Shown one piece after another: positions 56,096 through 64,000 of a stretch of DNA of 64,000 bases. The notes beneath the pieces were generated by a model that was not told where the DNA came from, searched no databases, and worked only from the letters and a program-made list of their open reading frames with translations. Source of the DNA: a plasmid; sequence record NZ_CP033968.1. One strand, 5' to 3'. Each line of letters begins with the position of its first letter. Position 1 is the first letter of the stretch. The translations under genes were made by a program, and so were the position numbers.

Positions 56096-56464
56096 ATGTA
56101 TTCGACGACATCACTACCGCCCATGAACCAACTAGTCAGTGAACCAGCGCCACCACAGACGGTGGAATCCGAGGCCCTCTTCCTGTGTGGTGAGGCGTTC
56201 ATGCAGATTCGCAAGCTCAGCGGGATCGTGGCAGAGCCAAAGCCTCGCCGCGGCGTTTTCGGACGATTTTCCCCAACTGATCGGGGTGCGGCGGATCGCC
56301 GTTCCAGGGCCGCCGCGTTGATCTACGAGCTTTCCGACGTCGCCCACAACCTGCCCGAGATGGTGAGGCTGGGGGTGCATACCAAACAGTTCGCCTACTT
56401 CTCTCAGCAAACGAACAAGCTTGCGGGGGCGCTAGTAGAGGCACGCAGCCTAGCGAGGATTTGA
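56096..56464 (+). CDS. hypothetical protein (122 aa)
   Basis: The first ORF after an AT-rich promoter-like island, with no clear RBS. Confidence 0.4.
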   Translation: MYSTTSLPPMNQLVSEPAPPQTVESEALFLCGEAFMQIRKLSGIVAEPKPRRGVFGRFSPTDRGAADRRSRAAALIYELSDVAHNLPEMVRLGVHTKQFAYFSQQTNKLAGALVEARSLARI

Positions 56465-56946
56465 CTATGGAGATCAGTTACACCGGTCTTGTGGTCGTCT
56501 GCGCGATCCTCGCGGTGCTCGTCTACCTCGTCGTCAAGAGGCTGCAGTCGGGGTCGAAGTACTCCCCCAAACACTACCAAACGATCCCACTGTTGACCGA
56601 GCATGAGCAGGACTTGTTCTGGCGCCTGAAAGAGGCCGCCGGCCGGGACCTGATCGTCGCACCACAGGTGGTGTTTGGAGCGTTCCTCAAGGTCAAGACC
56701 ATGGCGTTGGTCGACAAGACAAAGGCGCGTCACCAGGTGGCCCACAACCGCGGCGACTTCATCGTCTGCAACAAGGAATTCCGTGTGGTCGCTGTCATCG
56801 AGCTCGACGACGCGACGCATGACAAGAGCGCGCAGAAGGCGCTTGACCGCCGCCGCGACCAGCTGCTGAAGACCGTAGGGGTCAAGGCAATCCGGTACCG
56901 GAAGATGCCTGAGGTCGCGAAGATCCGTGCGGATCTCGGGCTTTGA
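56461..56946 (+). CDS. DUF2726 (NERD/PD-(D/E)XK-like) domain protein with an N-terminal TM helix
   Basis: GDFIVCNKEFRVVAVIELDDATHD fits the DUF2726 core. GAGGA lies 8 nt upstream. Confidence 0.6.
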   Translation: MTMEISYTGLVVVCAILAVLVYLVVKRLQSGSKYSPKHYQTIPLLTEHEQDLFWRLKEAAGRDLIVAPQVVFGAFLKVKTMALVDKTKARHQVAHNRGDFIVCNKEFRVVAVIELDDATHDKSAQKALDRRRDQLLKTVGVKAIRYRKMPEVAKIRADLGL

Positions 56947-57350
56947 GTATCTCCACAATACCTACCAGTATGATCATGCTCCACTCAATCGGCTTCGTCC
57001 TTCTCTCTGCTGCGGCAATCGCGGTTCTCTACTTCCTCTGGCGCAAGACGCCCAAAGCCCCGGTACTGCTGGAAGATCGCGTGGCTGCAAGCCTGTCCCA
57101 TTTCGGCATCGTCATTGCCCTGGCGCTTGGAATCGGGGCAGTTGTCCTCATTGACGAAGAGCTCCTGTCGGCATGCCGTTGGGTTGCGTCATTTGTGCCG
57201 GAGACAAACTCGCCGCTTGACGCTGTGCCGGTCACGATTCTTGACCTGGCCGGCAGCTTTGGCATTGTTGCTGCGATCTTCGCCGCGGCGCTGCTCATTG
57301 CTATCGCTGACGATCGCGCCCGTCCCTGTTCCTTGCCCGTAGGCCGGTGA
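56943..57350 (+). CDS. membrane protein (135 aa)
   Basis: Overlapping start; 4 TM segments. Confidence 0.5.
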   Translation: MSISTIPTSMIMLHSIGFVLLSAAAIAVLYFLWRKTPKAPVLLEDRVAASLSHFGIVIALALGIGAVVLIDEELLSACRWVASFVPETNSPLDAVPVTILDLAGSFGIVAAIFAAALLIAIADDRARPCSLPVGR

Positions 57351-57835
57351 CCATGGACAGGCTCGAGCTTCTTTCGACCGCAATGCGAGCGGGTTGCTTC
57401 TATGCGGTCTACCGGTTGGTGATCGCGATCTTCTACCCTTGGCTTGCCAGTGCTGTGTGGCAAGAGTCGGTGGGGCCGCTGCTGGTGAGGCACTGGCCCA
57501 GGCTGGCGCAAGCTGATGACGCAGCGAGGATGTCGTATCTGCCTTCTCGACAGAGCGAGCCGGCGGTCTTCCGCCTTGGCACGCTCTCTATCAGCGATGT
57601 GACTCAGGGGGTTCGGGACGGGCTGCTGCTCGGCGTGCTCGCGGCGCTTGTGCCAGAGATCGTTCGGCCGTTCTTCTTGACGTCGCTACTTGCCTTCGTC
57701 CTCGCAATTCAAGGCTGGCGGTTTGCCCGAGCGCAAGGCGCTGCGGCCACCGACATCGGGTTTGACGCGGTGAGGGACGTTCTGCTGTTCGCCGGCGCGA
57801 TCGCCGCGGTGCAGTGGAGTGGGGTGCTTGCGTAG
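57347..57835 (+). CDS. membrane protein (162 aa)
   Basis: Overlapping start; hydrophobic. Confidence 0.5.
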   Translation: MTMDRLELLSTAMRAGCFYAVYRLVIAIFYPWLASAVWQESVGPLLVRHWPRLAQADDAARMSYLPSRQSEPAVFRLGTLSISDVTQGVRDGLLLGVLAALVPEIVRPFFLTSLLAFVLAIQGWRFARAQGAAATDIGFDAVRDVLLFAGAIAAVQWSGVLA

Positions 57836-57885
57836 AGGCGGCGAGCAGCGCCGCAGTTCGTCAAGTGAGATAGGGGAGGTCTGTC

Positions 57886-58734
57886 ATGTCCATCAACGCT
57901 CAGTCGCAACGAAGCATCAAGATCCTCCTCAATCTGTCGGCGGGACTTGAGGAAACCGGGCGTACCTACCCAGACGGTGTTGTGAGATTGAACTCCAACA
58001 TCCGCCACGCCGCTGCCGCCGGCGCCGCGGCCCTCAGCCAGCTGCAGGGGGTGCCACTGCCGACCGTGCCTGAGAAGGCGGGTGCCGCCGCTGACGCAAG
58101 GAAGCGCGCACCCGAGGCCGGGCCGGTCGAGATGCCGTCGCCAGTCGAATGGCTGGATCGCCTCAAGCTCGCCAAGGGCTTCCATGCGGACGTCACCCTT
58201 GCCGAGTATCTCGGCGTGTCGAAGCAGCATTTTTCGCAATGGCGCACTGGGAAGGCGTCGCTGTCCGTGGACGAAGCCTGGAAAGTCGCACTGGGTCTGG
58301 ATGTCGATCCGCTGCTTGTCATCGCCAGCGTTCAATTCCACGCCAGCCAGAATGACAAGCGCCAGGTCTGGATAGATCTCGCGCGCACACGGCTGGTGGG
58401 GACATCCGACGGTGCGACGCCCAAGGCAGACACTGATCGCGCTCCTGGGCTGGAATCCAAGGGATCGAAGTGGTCGCCGGAGGAAGATGCGCTCCTCAAG
58501 GATGAGGTTGAGCGCAAGGTGCCCTACGTTGACATCGCAGCTTCGCATCGCCGCTCGGTGGCCGCCATTCTTTACAGGCTGTACAACGTGCACGATCTGT
58601 TGGGCGATGCTGAGATGGAAGAGCTCTGCGGCCTCCACTCTGTTCGGTTCTCGCCGAAGGCAGTAGCCCCCGCTGAAGAGTCGAGTGCCAAGCCTGAAGA
58701 CCCCCCTGTAGCGGGCGATCGGGTCTTCATCTGA
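57886..58734 (+). CDS. XRE-type HTH regulator with a C-terminal Myb/SANT-like motif
   Basis: LAEYLGVSKQHFSQWRTGK is an HTH, and WSPEEDALLKDEV resembles a Myb/SANT motif. GGGGAGG lies upstream. Confidence 0.55.
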   Translation: MSINAQSQRSIKILLNLSAGLEETGRTYPDGVVRLNSNIRHAAAAGAAALSQLQGVPLPTVPEKAGAAADARKRAPEAGPVEMPSPVEWLDRLKLAKGFHADVTLAEYLGVSKQHFSQWRTGKASLSVDEAWKVALGLDVDPLLVIASVQFHASQNDKRQVWIDLARTRLVGTSDGATPKADTDRAPGLESKGSKWSPEEDALLKDEVERKVPYVDIAASHRRSVAAILYRLYNVHDLLGDAEMEELCGLHSVRFSPKAVAPAEESSAKPEDPPVAGDRVFI

Positions 58735-58854
58735 GCGGTTCTGCGGGCGTGAAGCCGATGATCCTCCGCGAGGCCGCAGCTTAAATGCAAGCCGCTCCAG
58801 GGGACTTCTCAGGCGTCTGCCCAACTAGGTGAAGACGCGCCAAACTAGCTTCAC

Positions 58855-58890
58855 GCGCCCCCACGTAACGGTGGGGGCTTTTTTCTTTCT
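58855..58890 (+). terminator. rho-independent terminator
   Basis: The hairpin gcgcccccacgtaacggtgggggc is followed by ttttttctttct. Confidence 0.65.
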
Positions 58891-58915
58891 GAAGCTCGTG
58901 TGCGGCGGTGTGCCA

Positions 58916-59914
58916 ATGTCCTCTAACAGCTGGCCGACATGCTCAACAAAAGGGTGCTGTCGGGTGCTCTATACTGCGCAGATCACAGAGATCCATCATG
59001 GAGTTCGTGCAATGGCCCGTGCTAGCAATTCCTCCGGTTCGTCGGGGCCCTATCGTGCCGCGACTCGGCAGCAGTTGGCAGGACATGATGCCTTGCTTAG
59101 ATGGGCGATTGGCGTCGACGGGGTTGGCCTCGCGTTGGCGGAGTTGCGGAAGCAGCACTGGTTGGCAGCAGCCTTTAAGTCAGCTTTGCCGTCACTTAGA
59201 AAAGAAATCGAGGGGGACTTGGATGCACTGGAGTCGGACGCCAGGCAAGCCCAGATCTGGCGTCAGATTCCTGAACTCACTTTTGGCAAATGCGTAGAGT
59301 CTTTCGATTTCCAATTCAATCCAGGTGTGGCTCAGTACTCTGAGCATTCCGTGACCAAGCAGGTTTGGGGCGGGCGGGAAGAGGTAGCTGAATATCGCCC
59401 ACTCACCGTATGTGACGCGACCATACAAGTGCGAGCAAGAGCCAAGCCAGAGTTTCATCTTGTGCGTAATCCTACGTACGTCGGGAGCAAACGCACGTAT
59501 GAACACATCAAATCCCCTATTGATGGTCTACGGAGTTTCTACAGGCATTGGGATGGACAAGTAGTGGTCAACTGTTACCCAGAGGAATCCCCGCTCACCA
59601 TGATGGGAAATGACCTTGCCCTACTGAGCAGCTCATGCACAGAGTACAAGAAGCGGCGCAATGGCTCTGGGAACATCCTGTTTGTGGTCGAAGACGAGGA
59701 GGCGTATGACTTTCTGCGTAGATCGTGCAACGTTATCCTCCACGACTGCGGAGGTATTGCGGCAGAGGAGCTTTCATTCTTTGATCAGTGGATCTCAAGC
59801 AAAGGCGATGAGGTCGAGGTTACTGACCTCGACCTTGCAGACGCGCTTATCCCAGAGGAGGGGTCTGATACGAGTGGAAAAGCGACTCGACGTACCCGTA
59901 GAACCAAGAGTTAG
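58916..59914 (+). CDS. hypothetical protein (332 aa)
   Basis: The start is the first ATG after the terminator. The track ORF from 58829 spans the terminator and is unlikely. Confidence 0.5.
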   Translation: MSSNSWPTCSTKGCCRVLYTAQITEIHHGVRAMARASNSSGSSGPYRAATRQQLAGHDALLRWAIGVDGVGLALAELRKQHWLAAAFKSALPSLRKEIEGDLDALESDARQAQIWRQIPELTFGKCVESFDFQFNPGVAQYSEHSVTKQVWGGREEVAEYRPLTVCDATIQVRARAKPEFHLVRNPTYVGSKRTYEHIKSPIDGLRSFYRHWDGQVVVNCYPEESPLTMMGNDLALLSSSCTEYKKRRNGSGNILFVVEDEEAYDFLRRSCNVILHDCGGIAAEELSFFDQWISSKGDEVEVTDLDLADALIPEEGSDTSGKATRRTRRTKS

Positions 59915-60186
59915 CGAGTTTCCGCATGGGCCACATCCGTCATTGCGTGAACTTTCAATCAGGAACAAATGTCGCTAACCGCTCAGTTGCTCTCCACCAC
60001 TCTTGCAACCATGCATTTTGCACTCGTCTCGTGCGATTGGGAGAAGGCCGAAGCGGCGGCCCATGCGGCGCGGGATCTGGCCGCCCGCCTTCTTGCCGGC
60101 GAGTACGAGTAGGAGAACGCAATGCAAGCGCCTTGCCCAATTGCAGCCTACTCCAAGCCAGTTGGTCGTCCAGGTAGGGGAAGCTG

Positions 60187-61278
60187 ATGCGCCATGAGTA
60201 CGATGTCCATACGGACGTCCTTGAGACTATCGTTGCGGCGACACCGGTCACGAAGAAGCACTCTGCGTTGCTGACTGCATTCGCGACCCGCACGGAGTTT
60301 CGTGGCGCCAGGTACGTGACAAGCAGCGACGAATTCAGCAGCCGTCCCGCACGGATCTTGAACTCCGATGGCGATGAGATTGCTGCAGACTACCGTGTGT
60401 GGGTTCAGCAGCAACTCGACGAGCACCGCGGCAATATCGATGCGCTGTGTGCCAGTAGTCGCGGCAAGGGCTACCTGCTGACAGAGATCCAGCCCGTCCT
60501 GCACTACTTCGTTCATGACCGTGGTTGCGCCCAGGACAACTTCGTTCAGATCGAGGTTTGGGCGGAGGTGGAATTTTGCGAACGCGAATTGTTCGCCCGC
60601 CGGGCGCCTAACTGGGGCCGTCCGTCTTTGCAGGAGCTCCGTGATGGCCGGCCTGACATGGGTTTGGAGGAGCGCTTCGAGCGGCGGGACTTGGGGGCCG
60701 CCCGATACAGGCTTGAAAGCGCCATCGACATGCAAGCGTTTGTCGCTGTCGCGGAATCGCTCTGTTCCGAGCGGCACCGGAAAGGCGGTAACATCCTTGT
60801 ACGTGTCACGGATGCCGATACCGGGGAGGAGTCTGTGACATCGGTACGGGATCTGACACCGGGCTATGATCAACTGCGCGTACGGGAGCGGCGGATATTT
60901 GACGACTGGACAGCTTCAAGTGCGGGGCGGTCCGGCGAACGCATCTGCATGCGCTGGGTGTTCCAGACGTCGGATTGGCCAGACGAGAAGGGTGTTCGTT
61001 GGGTCTCCTTTGTCCCGCGGTGGGCACACAAGAAGAACATTGCCGCGCTGAAGAACACCGGCAAGCTCGACGCATATGGCCTATACGGGCGCCTCACTCA
61101 ATTCGACAGCCGCATCGGGATGCCTTTCGCCTGGTATTTTTACGGGCTGCATGGCAACCGGGTGAGGGATGCCCACCTTGAGCGCGTTGTCGAGGCGGCC
61201 GAGGAAGGTCTGATCGTACTGCCTGAGAATGACTATCGCGTGCTACGGCGTTGGCGTGATGTTCCCTATGGTTTTTGA
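60187..61278 (+). CDS. hypothetical protein (363 aa)
   Basis: AGGGGAAG lies 4 nt upstream. Confidence 0.55.
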   Translation: MRHEYDVHTDVLETIVAATPVTKKHSALLTAFATRTEFRGARYVTSSDEFSSRPARILNSDGDEIAADYRVWVQQQLDEHRGNIDALCASSRGKGYLLTEIQPVLHYFVHDRGCAQDNFVQIEVWAEVEFCERELFARRAPNWGRPSLQELRDGRPDMGLEERFERRDLGAARYRLESAIDMQAFVAVAESLCSERHRKGGNILVRVTDADTGEESVTSVRDLTPGYDQLRVRERRIFDDWTASSAGRSGERICMRWVFQTSDWPDEKGVRWVSFVPRWAHKKNIAALKNTGKLDAYGLYGRLTQFDSRIGMPFAWYFYGLHGNRVRDAHLERVVEAAEEGLIVLPENDYRVLRRWRDVPYGF

Positions 61279-61307
61279 CGGACGGATGATGCTGGAAAAG
61301 ACTTTGG

Positions 61308-61589
61308 ATGTATGTATGCAAGCTCCGCGAGCTGCTGGAAGAAACTCATGGTTCGCGAGCCATGGTGTACAAGGACCTCTTCGCCCTTGGCTGCTGGCTC
61401 CATCTGAACGGTAAGAGGGCCGTTGGGGAGAAGATCATCAAGGAGGTCATCACTTCCGTCTCGGGACTAGGCAACCGCACCTATCTCGCCTCCGTTGCAA
61501 AGCAGATCGCTGGGAATGAGGGAGGCTGGGCTGCTGAGATCTTCGCGCACCAGGAGGTCAACGATTTGTTCGCCAGCGAGGCAGCGTAG
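61308..61589 (+). CDS. hypothetical protein (93 aa)
   Basis: ORF only. Confidence 0.4.
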   Translation: MYVCKLRELLEETHGSRAMVYKDLFALGCWLHLNGKRAVGEKIIKEVITSVSGLGNRTYLASVAKQIAGNEGGWAAEIFAHQEVNDLFASEAA

Positions 61590-61845
61590 GCCCCTGGCCC
61601 CACTGCATGGGCAGCTTTCTCCGTTTGGGCCCGATAGCATCTACCGAATACCACCGACGCAATCGCGTCATCCCGAAGTGACAACGTCGACCGTGTACCG
61701 GCTGTTACGCCGGCGCAGTGAGTATTGGTAGAATTTGTCAAAAGTACATAAAACGTGCATCGGGAGGATTTCGAGTGCAGGATTTTCAGGGAAGCGTTGG
61801 CCGGCTCGGCGGCCTGGTGGGGGCAGTAGGACTGGGGTCGAAGTG

Positions 61846-63528
61846 ATGGGTGGCCCTGTCGTGCTTGTCGACTTCGAGAATGTGCAGGCGATCGATTTTG
61901 GGCGGCTAGCGCCGGACACCCGCATCGCCGTGTTCGCGGGCGAGCTGCAGCGGAAAGTACCGATCGAGGTGGCCATGGGGCTGCAGGAGATGGGGGAGCG
62001 CGCTCGCTGGGTGCGCTCGAGCGGCACCGGTCCAAACGCACTTGACTTTCATATTGCCTTCGAGCTCGGCCGAATGGCGCAGGCTGGTGAGCAGGGACCG
62101 GTGGTGGTCCTGTCTCGGGACAAGGGCTTTGATCCGCTACTCGATTGGCTCCGGACTCAGCACGGAATCCCCGCCAGCCGTGTTACGACCATCGCAGAAG
62201 CATTCGGATACACTCCAGACGCCCCATACGCGCCGCAGGCAGCAGAGCCGATTGTGGTTGACTTTGGGGCCGTGACGCCGGCGCCAAGGCCGACGCAACC
62301 GGCCTTGCAGAGCAATGGCATGCATGTCGCGGAACCGCATTTCATGCGATCCCTTCAGGCAGAGGCAAGCAGCGTGGTTCCAAGGTCGGTACCCCAGGCA
62401 GTGCCTGTGCCGGCGAGCAAAGCGGTTGGCGCCAGTGGCGCGATGCACAGTACAGAAAAGCGCCGCCTTCGTTGGTACCAGCAGACTCTCAGGCGGGCTG
62501 GCGTCCTTGAGCGTGTCGAGGGTGAGAGGGGGGTTTGGAAGCTCGCCGATGCGGCGAGCAAGGATCTGTGCAAGGCGCAGGCGACGACGAAACTGGTTGC
62601 CTTCAGTACAGATCTCGGCGTCGCAATATGGAGCAAGGCCGAAAGCACCTTCCCCAGTTTTGACGAGCCGATCGCGCTCGTGGTCACTTCGACTCCATAT
62701 CCATTGAGACGGCCGCGTGCGTACGGGAACCCGACGGAGGCCGATTTCGTTGACTTCATCTGCCATGCTGTAGAGCCGATTGCCAAAAATCTGATCCCGG
62801 GCGCCTCAGTGATATTGAACATTGGCCTGGATATCTTCGAGGAAGGGAGCCCGGCGCGTTCTCTTTACCCTGAACGGCTTACTCTGGCCCTGCGCGATCG
62901 ACTCGGATTGAGCCTTATGGACCGCATCCCCTGGGTGAACTACTCGAAGCCGCCGGGCCCCACGTACTGGGCCTGTGTGAAGCGGGTCCAGCTCTCCGCC
63001 GCATATGAGCAGGTGCTCTGGCTGACAAACGATCCAATGAGGGTCCGATCCGATAACCGGCGCGTACTTGAACCGCATACAGATCGACACTTGGAGCTCA
63101 TGCAGAGCGGCGGCGCCAACCGGACTGCAGTCTACGGGGACGGAGCATACCGACTGCGGCCAAACTCCTTTGGCAAGGTCACTTCCGGCAAGATTCCGCG
63201 AAACGTCATAGAGCGCGGTCATGCCTGTTCGGACACACGCGCCTATCGCCAGCATGCGAAGGCGCTTGGCCTTCCGATTCACGGCGCCATGCAGCCGACC
63301 GATATCGCGGACTTCTTTATCCGCCTCTGCACAGAACCTGGTGAGTTGGTGGTTGACCTCTTTGCCGGGACCGTGAAGACGGGGCTGGCAGCAGAACGCC
63401 TGGGCAGGCGGTGGCTGGTGACCGAAATGATGCTCTCCTACCTCCGAGGTGCGGCGGAGATGTTCCGCGGTGCGCCTGGATTCGATCTCAATCCTGCGCT
63501 CGAGTGTGTCGGTGGGATGCGCAGCTGA
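61846..63528 (+). CDS. NYN-domain (PIN-like RNase fold) protein fused to a beta-class N4/N6 DNA methyltransferase
   Basis: The N-terminus VVLVDFENV is an NYN domain. Motif IV TSTPY precedes motif I VVDLFAGTVKTGLAAERLGRRWLVTE, which is the beta-class order. The start ATG overlaps the stop of a 23-aa upstream ORF (tgATG) that has GGGAGGA as its RBS. Confidence 0.75.
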   Translation: MGGPVVLVDFENVQAIDFGRLAPDTRIAVFAGELQRKVPIEVAMGLQEMGERARWVRSSGTGPNALDFHIAFELGRMAQAGEQGPVVVLSRDKGFDPLLDWLRTQHGIPASRVTTIAEAFGYTPDAPYAPQAAEPIVVDFGAVTPAPRPTQPALQSNGMHVAEPHFMRSLQAEASSVVPRSVPQAVPVPASKAVGASGAMHSTEKRRLRWYQQTLRRAGVLERVEGERGVWKLADAASKDLCKAQATTKLVAFSTDLGVAIWSKAESTFPSFDEPIALVVTSTPYPLRRPRAYGNPTEADFVDFICHAVEPIAKNLIPGASVILNIGLDIFEEGSPARSLYPERLTLALRDRLGLSLMDRIPWVNYSKPPGPTYWACVKRVQLSAAYEQVLWLTNDPMRVRSDNRRVLEPHTDRHLELMQSGGANRTAVYGDGAYRLRPNSFGKVTSGKIPRNVIERGHACSDTRAYRQHAKALGLPIHGAMQPTDIADFFIRLCTEPGELVVDLFAGTVKTGLAAERLGRRWLVTEMMLSYLRGAAEMFRGAPGFDLNPALECVGGMRS

Positions 63529-63663
63529 TACCCCGGGGTAATAGTAGTTGCCAACAGAATTTGGCTGCGGTCTAATGTACACATGTTGAGTGACAAACAC
63601 TCTTTAACCGAATTCTGACGCTCCTGAGTTGGAAATGGCCTGACGGCCAACCTTGCACCACGA

Positions 63664-63697
63664 GGCCCGCCCTTAAAAAAGGCGGGCCTTTTGGTTT
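63664..63697 (+). terminator. rho-independent terminator
   Basis: The hairpin ggcccgcccttaaaaaaggcgggcc is followed by ttttggttt. Confidence 0.6.
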
Positions 63698-63826
63698 GTG
63701 GGCTTTACCTGCAGCGCGGGGAGTAATCCCTAGGGGAATGCCGAACAAATTGGGTCTTATTCCGCGTCCTGCCCCGGACTTGTCTATAGTAGGATGTTAT
63801 AAGCAAGGTAAATTGGAGACCGGTGA

Positions 63827-64000
63827 ATGGCTACATTGAAAGACCTTCTTGCCCAGAAGGAAAAATTAGAGGCGCAGATCGCGGAGACTCGCCAGACTGA
63901 GGTGGCGGGCGTCATTCAGAAGATTCAGGAACTGATGGCGGAATATGGGCTGACGGTGGACGACGTCGCCAAGCGCTCGCGGCGCGGCCCTAAGAAGGGC
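63827..64000 (+). CDS. H-NS-like nucleoid protein, N-terminal part; the gene runs off the window end
   Basis: MATLKDLLAQKEKLEAQIAETRQTEVAGVIQKIQELMAEYGLTVDDV resembles an H-NS family oligomerisation domain. GGAG lies upstream. Confidence 0.65.
   Translation, partial: MATLKDLLAQKEKLEAQIAETRQTEVAGVIQKIQELMAEYGLTVDDVAKRSRRGPKKG

Noticed and set aside
58829-58915. The upstream portion of the track ORF 58829..59914
   Set aside because: It spans an intrinsic terminator hairpin plus T-run at 58855-58890. The start was moved to the first ATG after the terminator.
1-64000. tRNA, rRNA, integrase, transposase and IS elements
   Set aside because: I saw no cloverleaf-like conserved tRNA segments, no integrase, recombinase or DDE motifs, and no terminal inverted repeats flanking any gene. 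I could not run tRNAscan, so small RNAs cannot be fully excluded.

Overview
This is a high-GC (roughly 63-66%) accessory region, probably from a betaproteobacterium; the window ends in the 5' part of an H-NS-like gene whose N-terminus resembles Burkholderiales H-NS. Its gene content is that of a plasmid-like, phage-plasmid or genomic-island element, not a complete prophage. I found no capsid, terminase, tail or integrase genes and no tRNA or rRNA.

Recognisable genes are:
- a YqaJ/lambda-Exo-type exonuclease;
- a secreted DRGH-motif non-specific endonuclease next to a VRR-NUC nuclease;
- an actin-like ParM segregation ATPase with a possible adaptor gene downstream;
- an RDD-family membrane protein;
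- an SF1 UvrD-like helicase;
- ASCH and MazG-like proteins and a Gp37/Gp68 (PF07505) protein in one long co-directional operon;
- a GNAT acetyltransferase and a standalone FtsH-type (M41) peptidase domain fused to a polytopic membrane domain;
- AbiEi/AbiEii and VapBC toxin-antitoxin pairs;
- a protein with six tandem zinc-ribbon modules plus a T5orf172/GIY-YIG-like tail;
- a standalone DsbD N-terminal-domain protein;
- a gamma-class N6-adenine methyltransferase and an NYN-domain::beta-class methyltransferase fusion;
- a DUF2726 (PD-(D/E)XK-like) protein with two membrane partners;
- an XRE-HTH/Myb-like regulator.

Most other ORFs are hypothetical. The non-genic signals that stand out are:
- a ~1.5 kb GT-skewed, repeat-rich non-coding tract between the parM-like gene and the helicase operon, with iteron-like repeats;
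- a recurring AT-rich ACGTAT-containing motif at operon starts;
- a 23-nt intergenic element repeated in front of consecutive genes;
- a duplicated ~110-bp terminator-promoter-RBS cassette.

All coordinates were derived by hand from the sequence and the ORF track, so gene starts may be off by a few nucleotides. The track counts GTG/TTG as starts, and I moved starts downstream where an RBS supported it.
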